Virus record (IMG/VR): IMGVR_UViG_3300017716_002065
Span: 1 to 45,629 of that record
Length of the DNA stretch: 45,629 nucleotides
Direction: 5' to 3' (one strand)
Source: a virus
Taxonomy: Duplodnaviria > Caudoviricetes
The position numbers were made by a program, and so were the translations under genes. Shown here piece after piece: positions 1 through 9,940 of the stretch (positions are counted from its first letter, which is position 1; the number at the start of each line of letters is the position of its first letter). The notes under the pieces are model-generated. The model searched no databases and had not been told where the DNA came from. It was given only the letters and a program-made list of their open reading frames with translations.

Positions 1-123
1 GACAGCATTTACGAGAAGATGGGCTGATCATGGCAATTCTTTCCCTGTGGGAGACCGGCATTTATATGCAGCGCCCGCTTCATGCACACTCAACTTGGGC
101 CAGAACACAGGCCAGCATTGAAC
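1..123. repeat. Terminal direct repeat (copy 1), identical to 45507-45629; circular assembly overlap
   Basis: Exact match read base by base; it cuts through the end of the ERF gene, as expected for an assembly overlap. Confidence 0.95.
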
Positions 124-176
124 TTTCTGTTTTGAAAGAAACGGTTACACAGGGCTGGACGGCCTATGACTGTTGA
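30..176 (+). CDS. 48-aa Trp-rich microprotein (MAILSLWETGIYMQRPLHAHSTW...GWTAYDC)
   Basis: ATG 2 nt after the ERF stop across the circular junction; below the ORF-track cutoff. Confidence 0.5.
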   Translation: MAILSLWETGIYMQRPLHAHSTWARTQASIELSVLKETVTQGWTAYDC

Positions 177-180
177 TATT

Positions 181-229
181 CCAGGCGGTTTGGGTAGTAA
201 TATTTATCCGATCCGCCTGGGGTTTCTTT
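181..229 (+). terminator. Putative intrinsic terminator hairpin
   Basis: CCAGGCGG...CCGCCTGG stem extended by G-U pairs, followed by GGTTTCTTT. Confidence 0.5.
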
Positions 230-230
230 T

Positions 231-461
231 ATGGAAAACGACAAAATTGGGAACGTCACTGACGCAGCCGCAGCTATTACTGTCGCCGCTGTTTGGATGG
301 CGTGGTTACCAGTCGCCGCTGCTGTAATTACCATAGTCTACACCCTATGGAGACTTATTTCCTCGCTTGATTACCGACGCCAGAGGAAGCAATTCCCCTT
401 CGCTCCGTTCGGTTCTCAGGGTATAGACGCTAAACACCCCCACAAAGACGGGGAGAGTTAG
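231..461 (+). CDS. Small membrane protein, holin-like
   Basis: Hydrophobic segment AAAAITVAAVWMAWLPVAAAVITIVYTLW followed by a basic tail; typical of phage holins. Confidence 0.55.
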   Translation: MENDKIGNVTDAAAAITVAAVWMAWLPVAAAVITIVYTLWRLISSLDYRRQRKQFPFAPFGSQGIDAKHPHKDGES

Positions 462-472
462 AGGGGCTTGTC

Positions 473-2299
473 TTGCCAAACCCAGGTCACTCCAACGAGG
501 CCCTAGAGGCCACTGCAAAAGCCTACAATGATTTTAAGGGCGATGCCAAAGCGGCGGCAGCTTCCCTCGGCGTACTGCCCGCGACATTCCACACGCGCCT
601 TCACCGCATACGCGCCACCCACCCACAACTGCTGAAATCATGGGACAAGCCGACCGGAGGCCAGCCCCCGCTTGCTGTCGAACTGTTGCGCGATGCGTCC
701 GCCGCGTTCGATAAATGCGGGTCCATCAGCAAGGCCGCTGAGTATCTGGGAATTCCCCGTGGCACCATGGAAAACAGGCTGCGTGAAGCCCGCAGGCGTT
801 CCGATGAAATACCCCCTACAGGCAGGGTCGAAAGCCTCAAGCCAATCAAGCTTCCACGTCCTAAAAAGGGCAAGGTGAAGCGGTATTTACTTTCCTGCGC
901 CCAAAATTGCACCCACGTCGAACCAGCCACCTGGGCCGCTGGACTTGCGCTGGCCAAAGCCTACGATGCAGAAATTAAAATCAGCCGCTTCCGATATATC
1001 CATAAAATGGTCGGCGCTGCGAAATCTGATACTGAGCAAGATACTTCAGGGGATTGGTATGACCCACGGATCGAGCCTTATGTTAGTGATCGGTGCGAGG
1101 AACTTGGAAAGTCTCTCGTGTGGAATGGGCATTTCCAGATATCGCCAACCGCAGTTACCCCGCTCACTGGCCTGGAGAGCTACAACGGGCGGTCTTCAGG
1201 TATTTTCCCTCACCCTGCTTTCGCCATGGAGAGCGTTGCGTCGATCAATCATGGGCAGGCGAAATTCAATTACACGACTGGGTGCATCACGCTCCGAAAC
1301 TACATACAGCGCAAGGCCGGTCTAAAAGCGGAGTTTCACCATGTGTATGGCTTTCTACTTGTCGAGGTTGACGACACGGGCCAGTGGTTCGCCCGCGAGG
1401 TACACGGAAGCGATAACGGGATCATCTGCGATCTGGATGTGGTGGCGAGAAGCGACGGGCGCGTGGAGCGGATGGATGTTGCCAACAAAACCAACCCCGC
1501 CGCGATAACCTGGGGCGATATTCACGAATCAAATATGAACCCAGAGGTGCGTAAGCTGGGCTGGGGTCCAGGCGGCAAGAGCGTAATTGATGTGCTTAAG
1601 CCTGCGAGGCAATATTTCCATGATATTCTTGATTTCGAGCGGCGTTCTCATCACAACCGCAAAGACCCGTTCGCGCTTTTCCACCATCACGTCACTGGAC
1701 AAGAGAGCATTGCGGATGAGTGCAAAGGCGTCGGGTTATTTCTTGATTATTCCTCTCGCCCGTTCTGTAAATCATTTGTGGTGTCGTCAAATCACGACAG
1801 ACATCTGGACCGCTACATAAAAGAGGCAGACTGGCGCAATGATCTGGTTAACGCGGAGTTTTATGCCTCGGCGCTTTCGGCCATTCTTAAGTCAATACGA
1901 TCCGGCACTGGCCTCAACACGCTACAATGGGCAGTTGGATGGCTGCACCCTGTTTCGGGCGTTAAGTGGCTCAAGCAGGGGGAGTCTAGTCTCGTTCTGG
2001 GGATAGAGTGCGGCCTGCACGGGGATCAAGGCCCAAACGGGGCCAGGGGCTCTGCTCAAAATCTTGCGAGGATGGGGCGTAAAGCGAACATTGGCCATTC
2101 CCATTCGGCACGGGCTGTGCAAGGAGTGAGGCAAGCGGGGACTTCCGGCAACCTCTCGCCAGAGTATGTCAAGGGCTCCCCTAGTTCGTGGTCAGCTATG
2201 CACATCATTACGCATCACACCGGCAAGCGCCAATTCCTGCACATGCGGAATGGCAAGTGGTGCGCTGATCGCAGGGAGATTTACCGGAGGCTGGCGTGA
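473..2299 (+). CDS. T5 A1-like metallophosphoesterase/nuclease with two N-terminal HTH motifs
   Basis: Calcineurin-like motifs WGDIH, HDILD, SNHD, HGDxGPNGARGS, GHSHS; AQNxT and FHHVYGFLLVEV motifs; two HTHs (AAASLGVLPATFHTRL, AAEYLGIPRGTMENRL); TTG start with GAGGGG RBS. Confidence 0.75.
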   Translation: MPNPGHSNEALEATAKAYNDFKGDAKAAAASLGVLPATFHTRLHRIRATHPQLLKSWDKPTGGQPPLAVELLRDASAAFDKCGSISKAAEYLGIPRGTMENRLREARRRSDEIPPTGRVESLKPIKLPRPKKGKVKRYLLSCAQNCTHVEPATWAAGLALAKAYDAEIKISRFRYIHKMVGAAKSDTEQDTSGDWYDPRIEPYVSDRCEELGKSLVWNGHFQISPTAVTPLTGLESYNGRSSGIFPHPAFAMESVASINHGQAKFNYTTGCITLRNYIQRKAGLKAEFHHVYGFLLVEVDDTGQWFAREVHGSDNGIICDLDVVARSDGRVERMDVANKTNPAAITWGDIHESNMNPEVRKLGWGPGGKSVIDVLKPARQYFHDILDFERRSHHNRKDPFALFHHHVTGQESIADECKGVGLFLDYSSRPFCKSFVVSSNHDRHLDRYIKEADWRNDLVNAEFYASALSAILKSIRSGTGLNTLQWAVGWLHPVSGVKWLKQGESSLVLGIECGLHGDQGPNGARGSAQNLARMGRKANIGHSHSARAVQGVRQAGTSGNLSPEYVKGSPSSWSAMHIITHHTGKRQFLHMRNGKWCADRREIYRRLA

Positions 2300-2433
2300 T
2301 TACCCTTGCGTGCTGGTATTTCGGTGGCCCTATGCGGCGTCACTCAAGTAGCTGGCAGTATATGAGCCTTTGGGAATCCAATGGCGTTTGTTGTTTTGAA
2401 CCAGGAGACAAGCATGTCCACACCGCTAGATAA
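2296..2433 (+). CDS. 45-aa Trp/Cys-rich microprotein (MITLACWYFGGPMRRHSSSWQYMSLWES...)
   Basis: GTGA overlap with the upstream stop, GGAGG RBS at 2286-2290. Confidence 0.5.
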   Translation: MITLACWYFGGPMRRHSSSWQYMSLWESNGVCCFEPGDKHVHTAR

Positions 2434-3244
2434 ATTCCTGATGCCTGCCGCGCAGAAAGCAAAGCGCCGCAACTCCATTGGTGGCTCCGATGCCAACGCA
2501 ATCATGTCTGGCGATCCTGAGCGCATCCTCGCCCTGTGGGAAGAAAAGATGGGCCACGGCAAGGAACAGGAACTCACCCTGAACATGCTCATGGGGACCG
2601 TGACGGAGGACCTCAACGCTGCATGGTACGCCCACAATACCGGCGACGCTGTGAGCGAGCGCGGCACCACTGAGTACAACAATGAGTTTACATTCACCAT
2701 GCACGCCACGCTCGATGGTCGATGCAAGGAGAACAAGTCTATTTGGGAAGCCAAGCACACTTCTGGATTTGATTTCCAGACAAAATCCAAACGCTCCGCC
2801 GAGTCCATGGCGCAATATTACATGCCGCAGCTTCAGCACAACATGCGGGTGTGCCGTCTGGACCGCGCTGTACTTAGCGTGTTTTTCGACAATAATCGTT
2901 GGGAGTCGGTCGAGATAGAAGCCGATCCGTTCTACCAGGATTTGCTGGTGGAGCGCGAAGCGGAATTCTGGAAATCAGTCGTGGACAAAAAAGCTCCATT
3001 TATTCGCGACAAGGTCGATGTTGCCCCCAAGGTCGTCGGCACCAAGGTAGTTGACATGGACAACAATGAAGACTGGGCCATGTTCGCCGCTCAGTGGCTC
3101 GGCACTAAGCTGGCCAGTGAGAACCACGCCGCAGCCGCATCGTCCATCAAGTCTCTGCTGGAGGCTGACGTGGCGACTGCCAAGAGTCACGGCATCATGG
3201 CCAAGAAAGACAAGCGGGGCGCTGTCAAGATCAGCGTGCTTTAA
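2414..3244 (+). CDS. YqaJ-like (lambda exonuclease family) recombination exonuclease
   Basis: RRNSIGGSDANAI, ATLDG, WEAKHT, YMPQLQHNM motifs; GGAG RBS before ATG 2414. Confidence 0.9.
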   Translation: MSTPLDKFLMPAAQKAKRRNSIGGSDANAIMSGDPERILALWEEKMGHGKEQELTLNMLMGTVTEDLNAAWYAHNTGDAVSERGTTEYNNEFTFTMHATLDGRCKENKSIWEAKHTSGFDFQTKSKRSAESMAQYYMPQLQHNMRVCRLDRAVLSVFFDNNRWESVEIEADPFYQDLLVEREAEFWKSVVDKKAPFIRDKVDVAPKVVGTKVVDMDNNEDWAMFAAQWLGTKLASENHAAAASSIKSLLEADVATAKSHGIMAKKDKRGAVKISVL

Positions 3245-4206
3245 TGCCAGCTAGGGCTCTCACCAAACAGTTAGGCGGGGCTTGGTATCACAACTACGGC
3301 CAAGCCGCATGCCCGGTATGCCAGCCTGAGCGCAGGAAGGACCAGCATGCCCTGACGATATCATGGCAGAACGGCAAGCTCCTGTTGCGCTGCAAGAAGG
3401 GTGACTGCAAGTATCAGGATATCCTGGATAAATGCGGTGGATTTAATGTTTCTCCCGACCCGGCGCTGATCAAGGCGTCACAGGCCAGGAAACTTGAGCT
3501 TGGGAAGCTCAGGATCGAGACTGCTATACTGGCGGGTGAAGTCGTGGAAAAGTGTGAATACCGGCCTCATCCCTACCTATCCTCAAAGGGCTTCCCAAAC
3601 CTGAAGCTGCTGACGATCAGCTATTACGAATTGTGCAAGCTGATGAAGCCGCCTTTGGTTATTTCCGGGTCCGACCAGAAAGAGGAATTCCTGTGCATCC
3701 CACTCACTACGCCGGTAGGCAATTTGTCTTCTATTCAGCTTATCTCCAGACAGGGAGTGAAATGCTTCCTGCCGGGTGGTCGAATTGGTGGGGCTGGCTG
3801 GTTCCCATGCGAATCTGGGGCTCGCCCCCTAGTGCTCTGCGAGGGTGCCGCTACGTTACTTAGCGTACTGAGAACGTCAAAACGCATTGGGAGCCCCGTC
3901 AGTGCGGTTGCGTGCATGTCGGCAGGCGGTATCGTAGCCATGGGCCGAATCCCTATGGGTGACGCTGTAATGGCTGATAATGACGTTTCGCTTACCGGGA
4001 TGCGCGCGGCCCAGGAAACCGGCCTGCTCTGGAAGATGCCAGCCACAGTTGGCGAGGACTTTAATGACGTTGAGCAACGGTCGCACGCGGAAGCAGACGA
4101 GCTACTAAGGTCGCTTACTTTGGGGATGGCTTGGACCGTCGAGAAGCGGGCTTCGCCTCCCGCTCGGGCCAAAGCTTTATCTCAACTCCGTGGCACGCCA
4201 GCATAA
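3244..4206 (+). CDS. Zn-finger + Toprim primase-like protein
   Basis: CPVC...H...CKKGDC zinc-binding domain; HPYL; LCEGAAT, ADND and GEDFND Toprim motifs. Confidence 0.8.
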   Translation: MPARALTKQLGGAWYHNYGQAACPVCQPERRKDQHALTISWQNGKLLLRCKKGDCKYQDILDKCGGFNVSPDPALIKASQARKLELGKLRIETAILAGEVVEKCEYRPHPYLSSKGFPNLKLLTISYYELCKLMKPPLVISGSDQKEEFLCIPLTTPVGNLSSIQLISRQGVKCFLPGGRIGGAGWFPCESGARPLVLCEGAATLLSVLRTSKRIGSPVSAVACMSAGGIVAMGRIPMGDAVMADNDVSLTGMRAAQETGLLWKMPATVGEDFNDVEQRSHAEADELLRSLTLGMAWTVEKRASPPARAKALSQLRGTPA

Positions 4207-4489
4207 GCTTGCGCTTGAGGGGAAATGCCTTGTCCCGCTTCTCCACGAACTCAGATTTCGCATCTTCCACGATCCGACTCCCCCCCATATCGTAAACGAA
4301 ATCTGCAATATACCGGCAAATCTTCTGGCCGTTAACAACGAGATCATACGGCACCTGTCGCTGTAGGTTTTTAATTTTACCGGCCTTTTCGAGCATTAAA
4401 AGCTCAGACCCACGCCTGCTCTCCAGGACTGAGTCGTATTTAATTCCGCCTACAGTGACCTTGATATTCTTGTATTTCGAGTAAGCCAT
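4115..4489 (-). CDS. DUF1064-family PD-(D/E)XK nuclease
   Basis: SKYKNIKVTVGGIKYDSVLE, RQVPYDL, YIADFVY...VEDAKS, LKRKLM. Confidence 0.85.
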   Translation of the reverse strand: MAYSKYKNIKVTVGGIKYDSVLESRRGSELLMLEKAGKIKNLQRQVPYDLVVNGQKICRYIADFVYDMGGSRIVEDAKSEFVEKRDKAFPLKRKLMLACHGVEIKLWPEREAKPASRRSKPSPK

Positions 4490-7400
4490 TACTCTTCACT
4501 GTTGGTCATGGACTGCATGGCGGCGCGAATGGCAGATGCAATTTGTTTTTGCTGCGCCCCCGTCCTGGCAACAGATGAAATAATCTGCCTCATGGCCTTG
4601 GCGTCACGGCGCGTCACAGCCACGGCAAGGTCAGTCGCGGCTGCGCTAGTCATGCCGAGTTTGCGCGTAAATCCGAGGAAGCCCTTGGACAGCTTGGCGA
4701 TGTAACCGGGGCCGGGGCGACCTGCGAGGCCAGCGGCAACGTCGAGTGCGGCGCTAATCTCACCGGAGACGGCCTTGGTGCCGAAACCTTCCTGCGGCGT
4801 CACACTGGACATATTCGCAATCGCCTTTTGCTGCGTGCGTCCAATGGCTTGTAGCCTGTCTGCATTTGCTTCGCCGTCGATCATGGCGAGGCGGTCACGG
4901 GTAGCTGGCTCAGAGAGTGACTTTGTGGTTTTCGCGGCGCTGGAAGCTGACTTGCTGGCGGCGTCGGAAATAGAGCCACGGGCAACCGCACCCAGCGGGA
5001 GGCTCTTGGAAGCGCCTTCGATTGACGCGGCAAATTCACCCGTGCCACGGCTAAGAACGTTGCCAGATGCTTCCACAGCTTGTCTTGCGATCCTGTAGCG
5101 ATCTTTGATCGAGGCTGCGAGGGCCTTTGCGCGCCCTTTAACTGCCGCAACATCGGCGTCACGCTTTTTGGTGATTGACTCAATTTTCTCGCTTGCGTCT
5201 CGACGGGCGGATGCGATTTCCTTCTTGGACTTCGACCCGATGGCGTCTGCCTCGGAGCGTGTCTCGCGCCTGATCTGCCTGCCTTGAACGCGGGCGGTGC
5301 TGCTCACAACGGCAGCGTCCTTACCAGCTTCAGCGGTGACAGCGCGGGCATCGTCACGGCCTGCGGTTTTTACCTCTTTCGAGGCGTCCTGTGCGTTGCG
5401 CTTGACGGCTTTAATCTGGTTTGCGGCGGCGCGCTCAATATCCTCAACTTGCTTGGTCATGGCGTCGAGGTTGTCCATGGACTGGTCGATTGACTTCAGG
5501 AGGTTGTCACCATCCTTGCCCATGATTTCTTTAATCGCGGCGCGGGTTTCCCTGTCAAGCATCACGTCGCGGAGCAGGGGAACGTCAGCCTTGGAGCCCA
5601 GTACGGAATTGATTTTCCGCATTTGTTCGGCAGCGGTCCTGAGCTTGGCGTAGTCGGAAACGAATTTATTGTATTCGCCGTGCTGCTTGCCAACCAGTTG
5701 TTCCAGCTTGTCGGCAGCTTCGTTGAGCTTGAAATACTTGGGGTCTTCAGCAGCGTTGCGGAAAGCGCGGCGGAGGATATCCGCGTCACCAACCGTGAGG
5801 ACGACTTGCTTGCCTTCCTTGAGGGCCACAAGGGCAGTACCAAGAGGAGTCCTGAAATTCTCCGGGACGGCATCCTTCATTGCACCAAGAATATCCTCCA
5901 CCCGCTCCTTGGGGAAAAGGTCTTTAATTTCAGAAGCTTCGATTTGTACGGTACGATCAGCCAGACCGCTTTCGCGCATGGCTTTATTGCCCCACTCAGT
6001 GACGGGGCTTCGTTCGCTGTAGAAGGAATTCTTTTTGTCAATCGCGGCGGCGTCGGTAACGTCCGCGCGGGCGATGCGCTGCACACCCTCGGCGCGAGCG
6101 AGTGCCGGAGCCACCCGATCCTGGATGCTAACTACGTCTTCCTCAGCCTTGCGGGTTAGGTTGGTGGCTTGGTCGGCTGCTTCATCGCGGAGGTTCAGCG
6201 CCTCATCAGAAGCGCGAGCGCGAATATTTGCGGCGTCGTCACCAGCGCGGCCCATAAGCTCAAAGGCTTCATCGTCGCCTGCGTCCCTGACTACACGGGC
6301 GTCTGCGCGAGCCTGCTCAGAAATATCATCCACCAGCGCGTCTTTATCCAGGTTTGTCCTGGCAACAGCCTCGTCAGCCTGGGTGGTGATAACACCCTGC
6401 CTGCCATCCGAAGCTTCATCAATACGGTTCAGCTTGGAAGTCTCGGAGGCATCAAGAGCGCGGTTTGTACGTACAGCAGACTGCACCGGCCCGGAGGCGC
6501 GCACGGCGTCGTCAAGCTCCTGCGGAAGCCCCCTAAGCTGGGCCTCCTGAGCATCGCGCATGACAGCGCCCATGGACTTGCGCTCGTAGGCAAGCATGGC
6601 GAATTTGCGCATGGTCTCGGGGTCTGCGACTTCAATAAGGTTCGGCTCGCGTTGATTAACGAGGCGGAATTCGTCAACGGCGTCCTGAAGCACCTTGTCG
6701 TCAACGGCGTGACGGCCAGCGATCATCCGGAGGCTTTTTGGGGTGACAGGACCGTCCTTGTCCAGCTTCAGGGAGTCAAGCATCTTCCCGGCAGAGGACT
6801 GGCCTTTAGTGCCTGTGAGCTTCCGGGCGGCGACTTCAAACGGCTGAGCGACGCGGGCGGATATATTGCCCAGCGTGTTGACTACTGGCTGGGCAGCTTT
6901 TGCAACAATGGGGGCGACCTTCTCACCTACGCCGCCGATAATACCGCCTAGCGCAGCATCGCTGGCAATATCCTGAATATCCAGTTTGCCTTGGGCGAGG
7001 TCGTCTCCGGCGCTGTTAGCTGCACCGAAAATAGCACCCTGCTTGATAAGGCTTTTGATGCCAGCTTCAGTGAGCTTTTTGGAAATGGCGCTACCGGAGA
7101 TTACTTCCCCGACAAATTTAGCACCGCCCTGCTCTTTCTCCAGGCGGTCGCCTTGCTTACGAGCCTCTGAGAAGCTCCTGGAAATATCTGCATTTTTGCC
7201 ACTGAGGGCATCACCAACGGTGTCAATTGCAGCGATAGGGGCGTTAATTAGTGCGTCTTCAGTGATCTGCCCGCCGATGCTCGCAACGCCGCGTCCGGTC
7301 GCCTGTAGCGCATTGCCAGCGCCTTTAGCGAATTGGCCGCGAGCCTCTCCACCTTTTTCCCCGAGGTCGAATAGCTCAGGGATGCGACCAACGCCACGCA

Positions 7401-7533
7401 TGAAATTATCAATGCCGAGAAAACCCGGGTCATTTCCCTTGGGTTGCTCAGCGGGTTGCTTTTGGGCTTTGGCAATTTTGGCCTTGAGTTCAAGAAACTC
7501 AAGCTCCTCAGCTTCCTCAATTGTCAGCGGCAT
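4489..7533 (-). CDS. Large internal virion/DNA ejection protein (1014 aa, helical)
   Basis: Position at the end of the P22-like late operon; Ala-rich and coiled-coil; translationally coupled. Confidence 0.65.
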   Translation of the reverse strand: MPLTIEEAEELEFLELKAKIAKAQKQPAEQPKGNDPGFLGIDNFMRGVGRIPELFDLGEKGGEARGQFAKGAGNALQATGRGVASIGGQITEDALINAPIAAIDTVGDALSGKNADISRSFSEARKQGDRLEKEQGGAKFVGEVISGSAISKKLTEAGIKSLIKQGAIFGAANSAGDDLAQGKLDIQDIASDAALGGIIGGVGEKVAPIVAKAAQPVVNTLGNISARVAQPFEVAARKLTGTKGQSSAGKMLDSLKLDKDGPVTPKSLRMIAGRHAVDDKVLQDAVDEFRLVNQREPNLIEVADPETMRKFAMLAYERKSMGAVMRDAQEAQLRGLPQELDDAVRASGPVQSAVRTNRALDASETSKLNRIDEASDGRQGVITTQADEAVARTNLDKDALVDDISEQARADARVVRDAGDDEAFELMGRAGDDAANIRARASDEALNLRDEAADQATNLTRKAEEDVVSIQDRVAPALARAEGVQRIARADVTDAAAIDKKNSFYSERSPVTEWGNKAMRESGLADRTVQIEASEIKDLFPKERVEDILGAMKDAVPENFRTPLGTALVALKEGKQVVLTVGDADILRRAFRNAAEDPKYFKLNEAADKLEQLVGKQHGEYNKFVSDYAKLRTAAEQMRKINSVLGSKADVPLLRDVMLDRETRAAIKEIMGKDGDNLLKSIDQSMDNLDAMTKQVEDIERAAANQIKAVKRNAQDASKEVKTAGRDDARAVTAEAGKDAAVVSSTARVQGRQIRRETRSEADAIGSKSKKEIASARRDASEKIESITKKRDADVAAVKGRAKALAASIKDRYRIARQAVEASGNVLSRGTGEFAASIEGASKSLPLGAVARGSISDAASKSASSAAKTTKSLSEPATRDRLAMIDGEANADRLQAIGRTQQKAIANMSSVTPQEGFGTKAVSGEISAALDVAAGLAGRPGPGYIAKLSKGFLGFTRKLGMTSAAATDLAVAVTRRDAKAMRQIISSVARTGAQQKQIASAIRAAMQSMTNSEE

Positions 7534-9053
7534 TACTGGCCCCGTTTTGCGAGCAGTTCTCTATAGCGCGCCGACTCTGCATCATCCAGCCCCGGGAGGC
7601 GAACACCACTTCCAGCAGCTTGGGCGCTGTTGACGTTGCGTTGCATGGAATTTGTACCACGATATTTCTGCGGGATCAATTTCTGCGGGAATGTATTGTT
7701 GAGTTGGGCGATGGCCATCTGCCTCTCACCCGTCTCAACAGGGGAGAACAGCTCCACGTTCCTGTAAAGGGCCGAAATCTTCGACTCAAGCGTCCTGCCG
7801 CCCATCACCGAGTCAATAATGCCCTGACGTTCGACGTTGGAGTTGGCAATCTGCGCGCTCATGCCGGGTAGGGACATAACGCCGATAACCACGCCCTTGA
7901 CGGCGGAGTTGAGGTCTTCACGCTTCTTTTCCGCAGCCGGGGCAAAGATTGCTTGAGCAGCGCCGCTGATAATGGGAATTTCGGTAGCGAGAACAGCGCC
8001 AGCGTTACCCGGAATACCACCCGTAGCGGTCGCATAAAGCTGCTTATCGTCGGCGGCGATCTCGCCCAGGATGCCACCCATAGCGGCCAGCGAACCTTGG
8101 AACAGGCTACCGTCCCCGCCGTTTTCCGCCTTGGCGTCTGCATAGTTTTTCGCAATTTGCGAACGGAGATAGTCGCCCTGGAGAGCCTCGTTGGGATCAA
8201 CGCGAGCACCTACGCCGTAATTAATCTGCTCACCCGTGTCGGTCAGGCCGGTGTACTGGTTGTTTTCGTCCGCAACGATCTGCTGAACTTTCGGGACGCC
8301 AGAGAGCATACGGGATTGGGCCGCAAAGCCTTGTCCAGCGTTCTCCATATCCTGCGGCGTCACCAAGCCTGGAGGAGCATTGGCCGCCATCATGCCAAAC
8401 GCCTCCTGGTAAGGAATTCCACGTTCCTGTGCGAGCGCATTTGCAGCTTGGGACAAATTGCTCACGGCGGCTGTGCGTGCCGTTTCGCGGTCGGCCTTGG
8501 CCTTGTCCATTTCGTCGGCAACCTTGGGGTCAACCATACGAACGGCATTAATGTCGCCAGTAGCCACAGCTTCCCTGAGGGCTTCGGCCTTGTTGTATTT
8601 CTGAGTTCCCTCGCGGGCGGTATTATATTGCTGGTTATATTCCGGGTCCAGGAGGGCCTGACGGTCATCAAACTCCATGCCATCGGCCTTTTGAAGCCGT
8701 TCGCCAGACGCCTGGAGCTTGCCCTGTGAATTATTATTCGCGGTGATTTTGTCGTTACGGTATGCGTCAAGCTCTGAAGCATCGGAGCCGCCGATCATTA
8801 CCTTGCGGAGACCGTCAGCAAAAGACTGGACGCCGTTATTCTGGAAGCCGTTAGCGGGCTTGCCACCCATCAGGGTGGTCATGAATTCACCAAACGGATC
8901 AGCCGGTGCAGTTGGCTTGGCTTTCGGGCCGCGCACGGTAATGCTATCCGGGGGGACCGTTCCGCCCATCATCGTCGCCAAAGCGTTCGCACCCTGCCTG
9001 CTCTTGTCAGCCTGGGATACCATGGGTTGGAGAAACTTGGCGAAGTCGATCAT
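7533..9053 (-). CDS. Internal virion/ejection protein (gp20-like position, 506 aa)
   Basis: Synteny after the gp7-like gene; Ala/Gln/Gly-rich. Confidence 0.6.
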   Translation of the reverse strand: MIDFAKFLQPMVSQADKSRQGANALATMMGGTVPPDSITVRGPKAKPTAPADPFGEFMTTLMGGKPANGFQNNGVQSFADGLRKVMIGGSDASELDAYRNDKITANNNSQGKLQASGERLQKADGMEFDDRQALLDPEYNQQYNTAREGTQKYNKAEALREAVATGDINAVRMVDPKVADEMDKAKADRETARTAAVSNLSQAANALAQERGIPYQEAFGMMAANAPPGLVTPQDMENAGQGFAAQSRMLSGVPKVQQIVADENNQYTGLTDTGEQINYGVGARVDPNEALQGDYLRSQIAKNYADAKAENGGDGSLFQGSLAAMGGILGEIAADDKQLYATATGGIPGNAGAVLATEIPIISGAAQAIFAPAAEKKREDLNSAVKGVVIGVMSLPGMSAQIANSNVERQGIIDSVMGGRTLESKISALYRNVELFSPVETGERQMAIAQLNNTFPQKLIPQKYRGTNSMQRNVNSAQAAGSGVRLPGLDDAESARYRELLAKRGQ

Positions 9054-9391
9054 TACTGCTTGCCCTTTTGCCTCATGGCGTCACCAATCAGGCTGTAGGG
9101 GTTGGTGAGGACGCGAGGAAGGCTACCCCTCTCCTGAATATGGGTGGGGATGGGCGCTGTTGGTTTAGGTGCAGTTTTAGGCGTGGAGTTTTTCGGTACG
9201 GGTGCCGTGCGTGGCTGTCCCTGAGGCTGAACACCGTGGCGCTTTTGCATGAGGCTCGAAAGGCGGTAGGCTTCGTCGTCAACCAGCCCCTTTCCCGAGC
9301 GAACGTTGCCCATGAGGCGCTGGTACTCTGCCTCGTCTTTGGCCGTTTGCTCAGCCGAGCCCGACATAAGCTGCATAATAAGGTTTTTCAT
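9053..9391 (-). CDS. Hypothetical protein in the ejection module (112 aa)
   Basis: TAATG coupling on both sides. Confidence 0.6.
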   Translation of the reverse strand: MKNLIMQLMSGSAEQTAKDEAEYQRLMGNVRSGKGLVDDEAYRLSSLMQKRHGVQPQGQPRTAPVPKNSTPKTAPKPTAPIPTHIQERGSLPRVLTNPYSLIGDAMRQKGKQ

Positions 9392-9933
9392 TAGCCACCT
9401 GCCCCAGCGGTAAATGCCTTGGTAATATTCGAGAGCAGGCTTTGGCCGAGGCCAGCCGTCATGCCCTTGGTTCCTGCGTATGCTTCCGCCTGCGGGACAC
9501 CAACTCTGACGCCGATATTCGCCTGATTTCCGGCTGCATCCATGCCGACGCCCTGTTGACCCATGAGGTTTTGCAGGAAGCTGCCGAAGGAGCCCTGTGC
9601 AAGCTGTGCGGCGTTATTCTGGAATACTTTACCCGTGCCGCTGGACCCAAGCAGACCGCGCGCCGCAGCATTCGAGGTCACGCCGTTCATGGCAGCGTTC
9701 ATGGTGTCTTGGTAGCCGGTAGCGTTCCTGAATTGGTCAAGCCCCTCAGCCCCAGCGGTACTTCCGTTGAGGCCAAGGAGCGAGCCAATCATGTTATTGG
9801 ATTGAACGCCCTGAGCAGCATAGGGTGCGAAACGAGCCTGCTCGTTTTTCATTACGTTATTCAGGCCAGTAGCAAGCGTCTTTTGCTGCTTGTTTTTGGC
9901 TGATGCACCAAAGAGGTCGCCCAGGAAGCTCAT
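9391..9933 (-). CDS. P22 gp7-like DNA transfer/ejection protein
   Basis: APYAAQG...LLGL, GYQ...SNAAARGLLGSSGTGK, Gly/Ala/Gln-rich; typical of gp7-like pilot proteins. Confidence 0.75.
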   Translation of the reverse strand: MSFLGDLFGASAKNKQQKTLATGLNNVMKNEQARFAPYAAQGVQSNNMIGSLLGLNGSTAGAEGLDQFRNATGYQDTMNAAMNGVTSNAAARGLLGSSGTGKVFQNNAAQLAQGSFGSFLQNLMGQQGVGMDAAGNQANIGVRVGVPQAEAYAGTKGMTAGLGQSLLSNITKAFTAGAGG

Positions 9934-9940
9934 GTTAAAC

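Noticed and set aside
1-123. Terminal repeat as true physical direct terminal repeats
   Set aside because: It falls inside the ERF gene end and a micro-ORF; more consistent with circular assembly overlap
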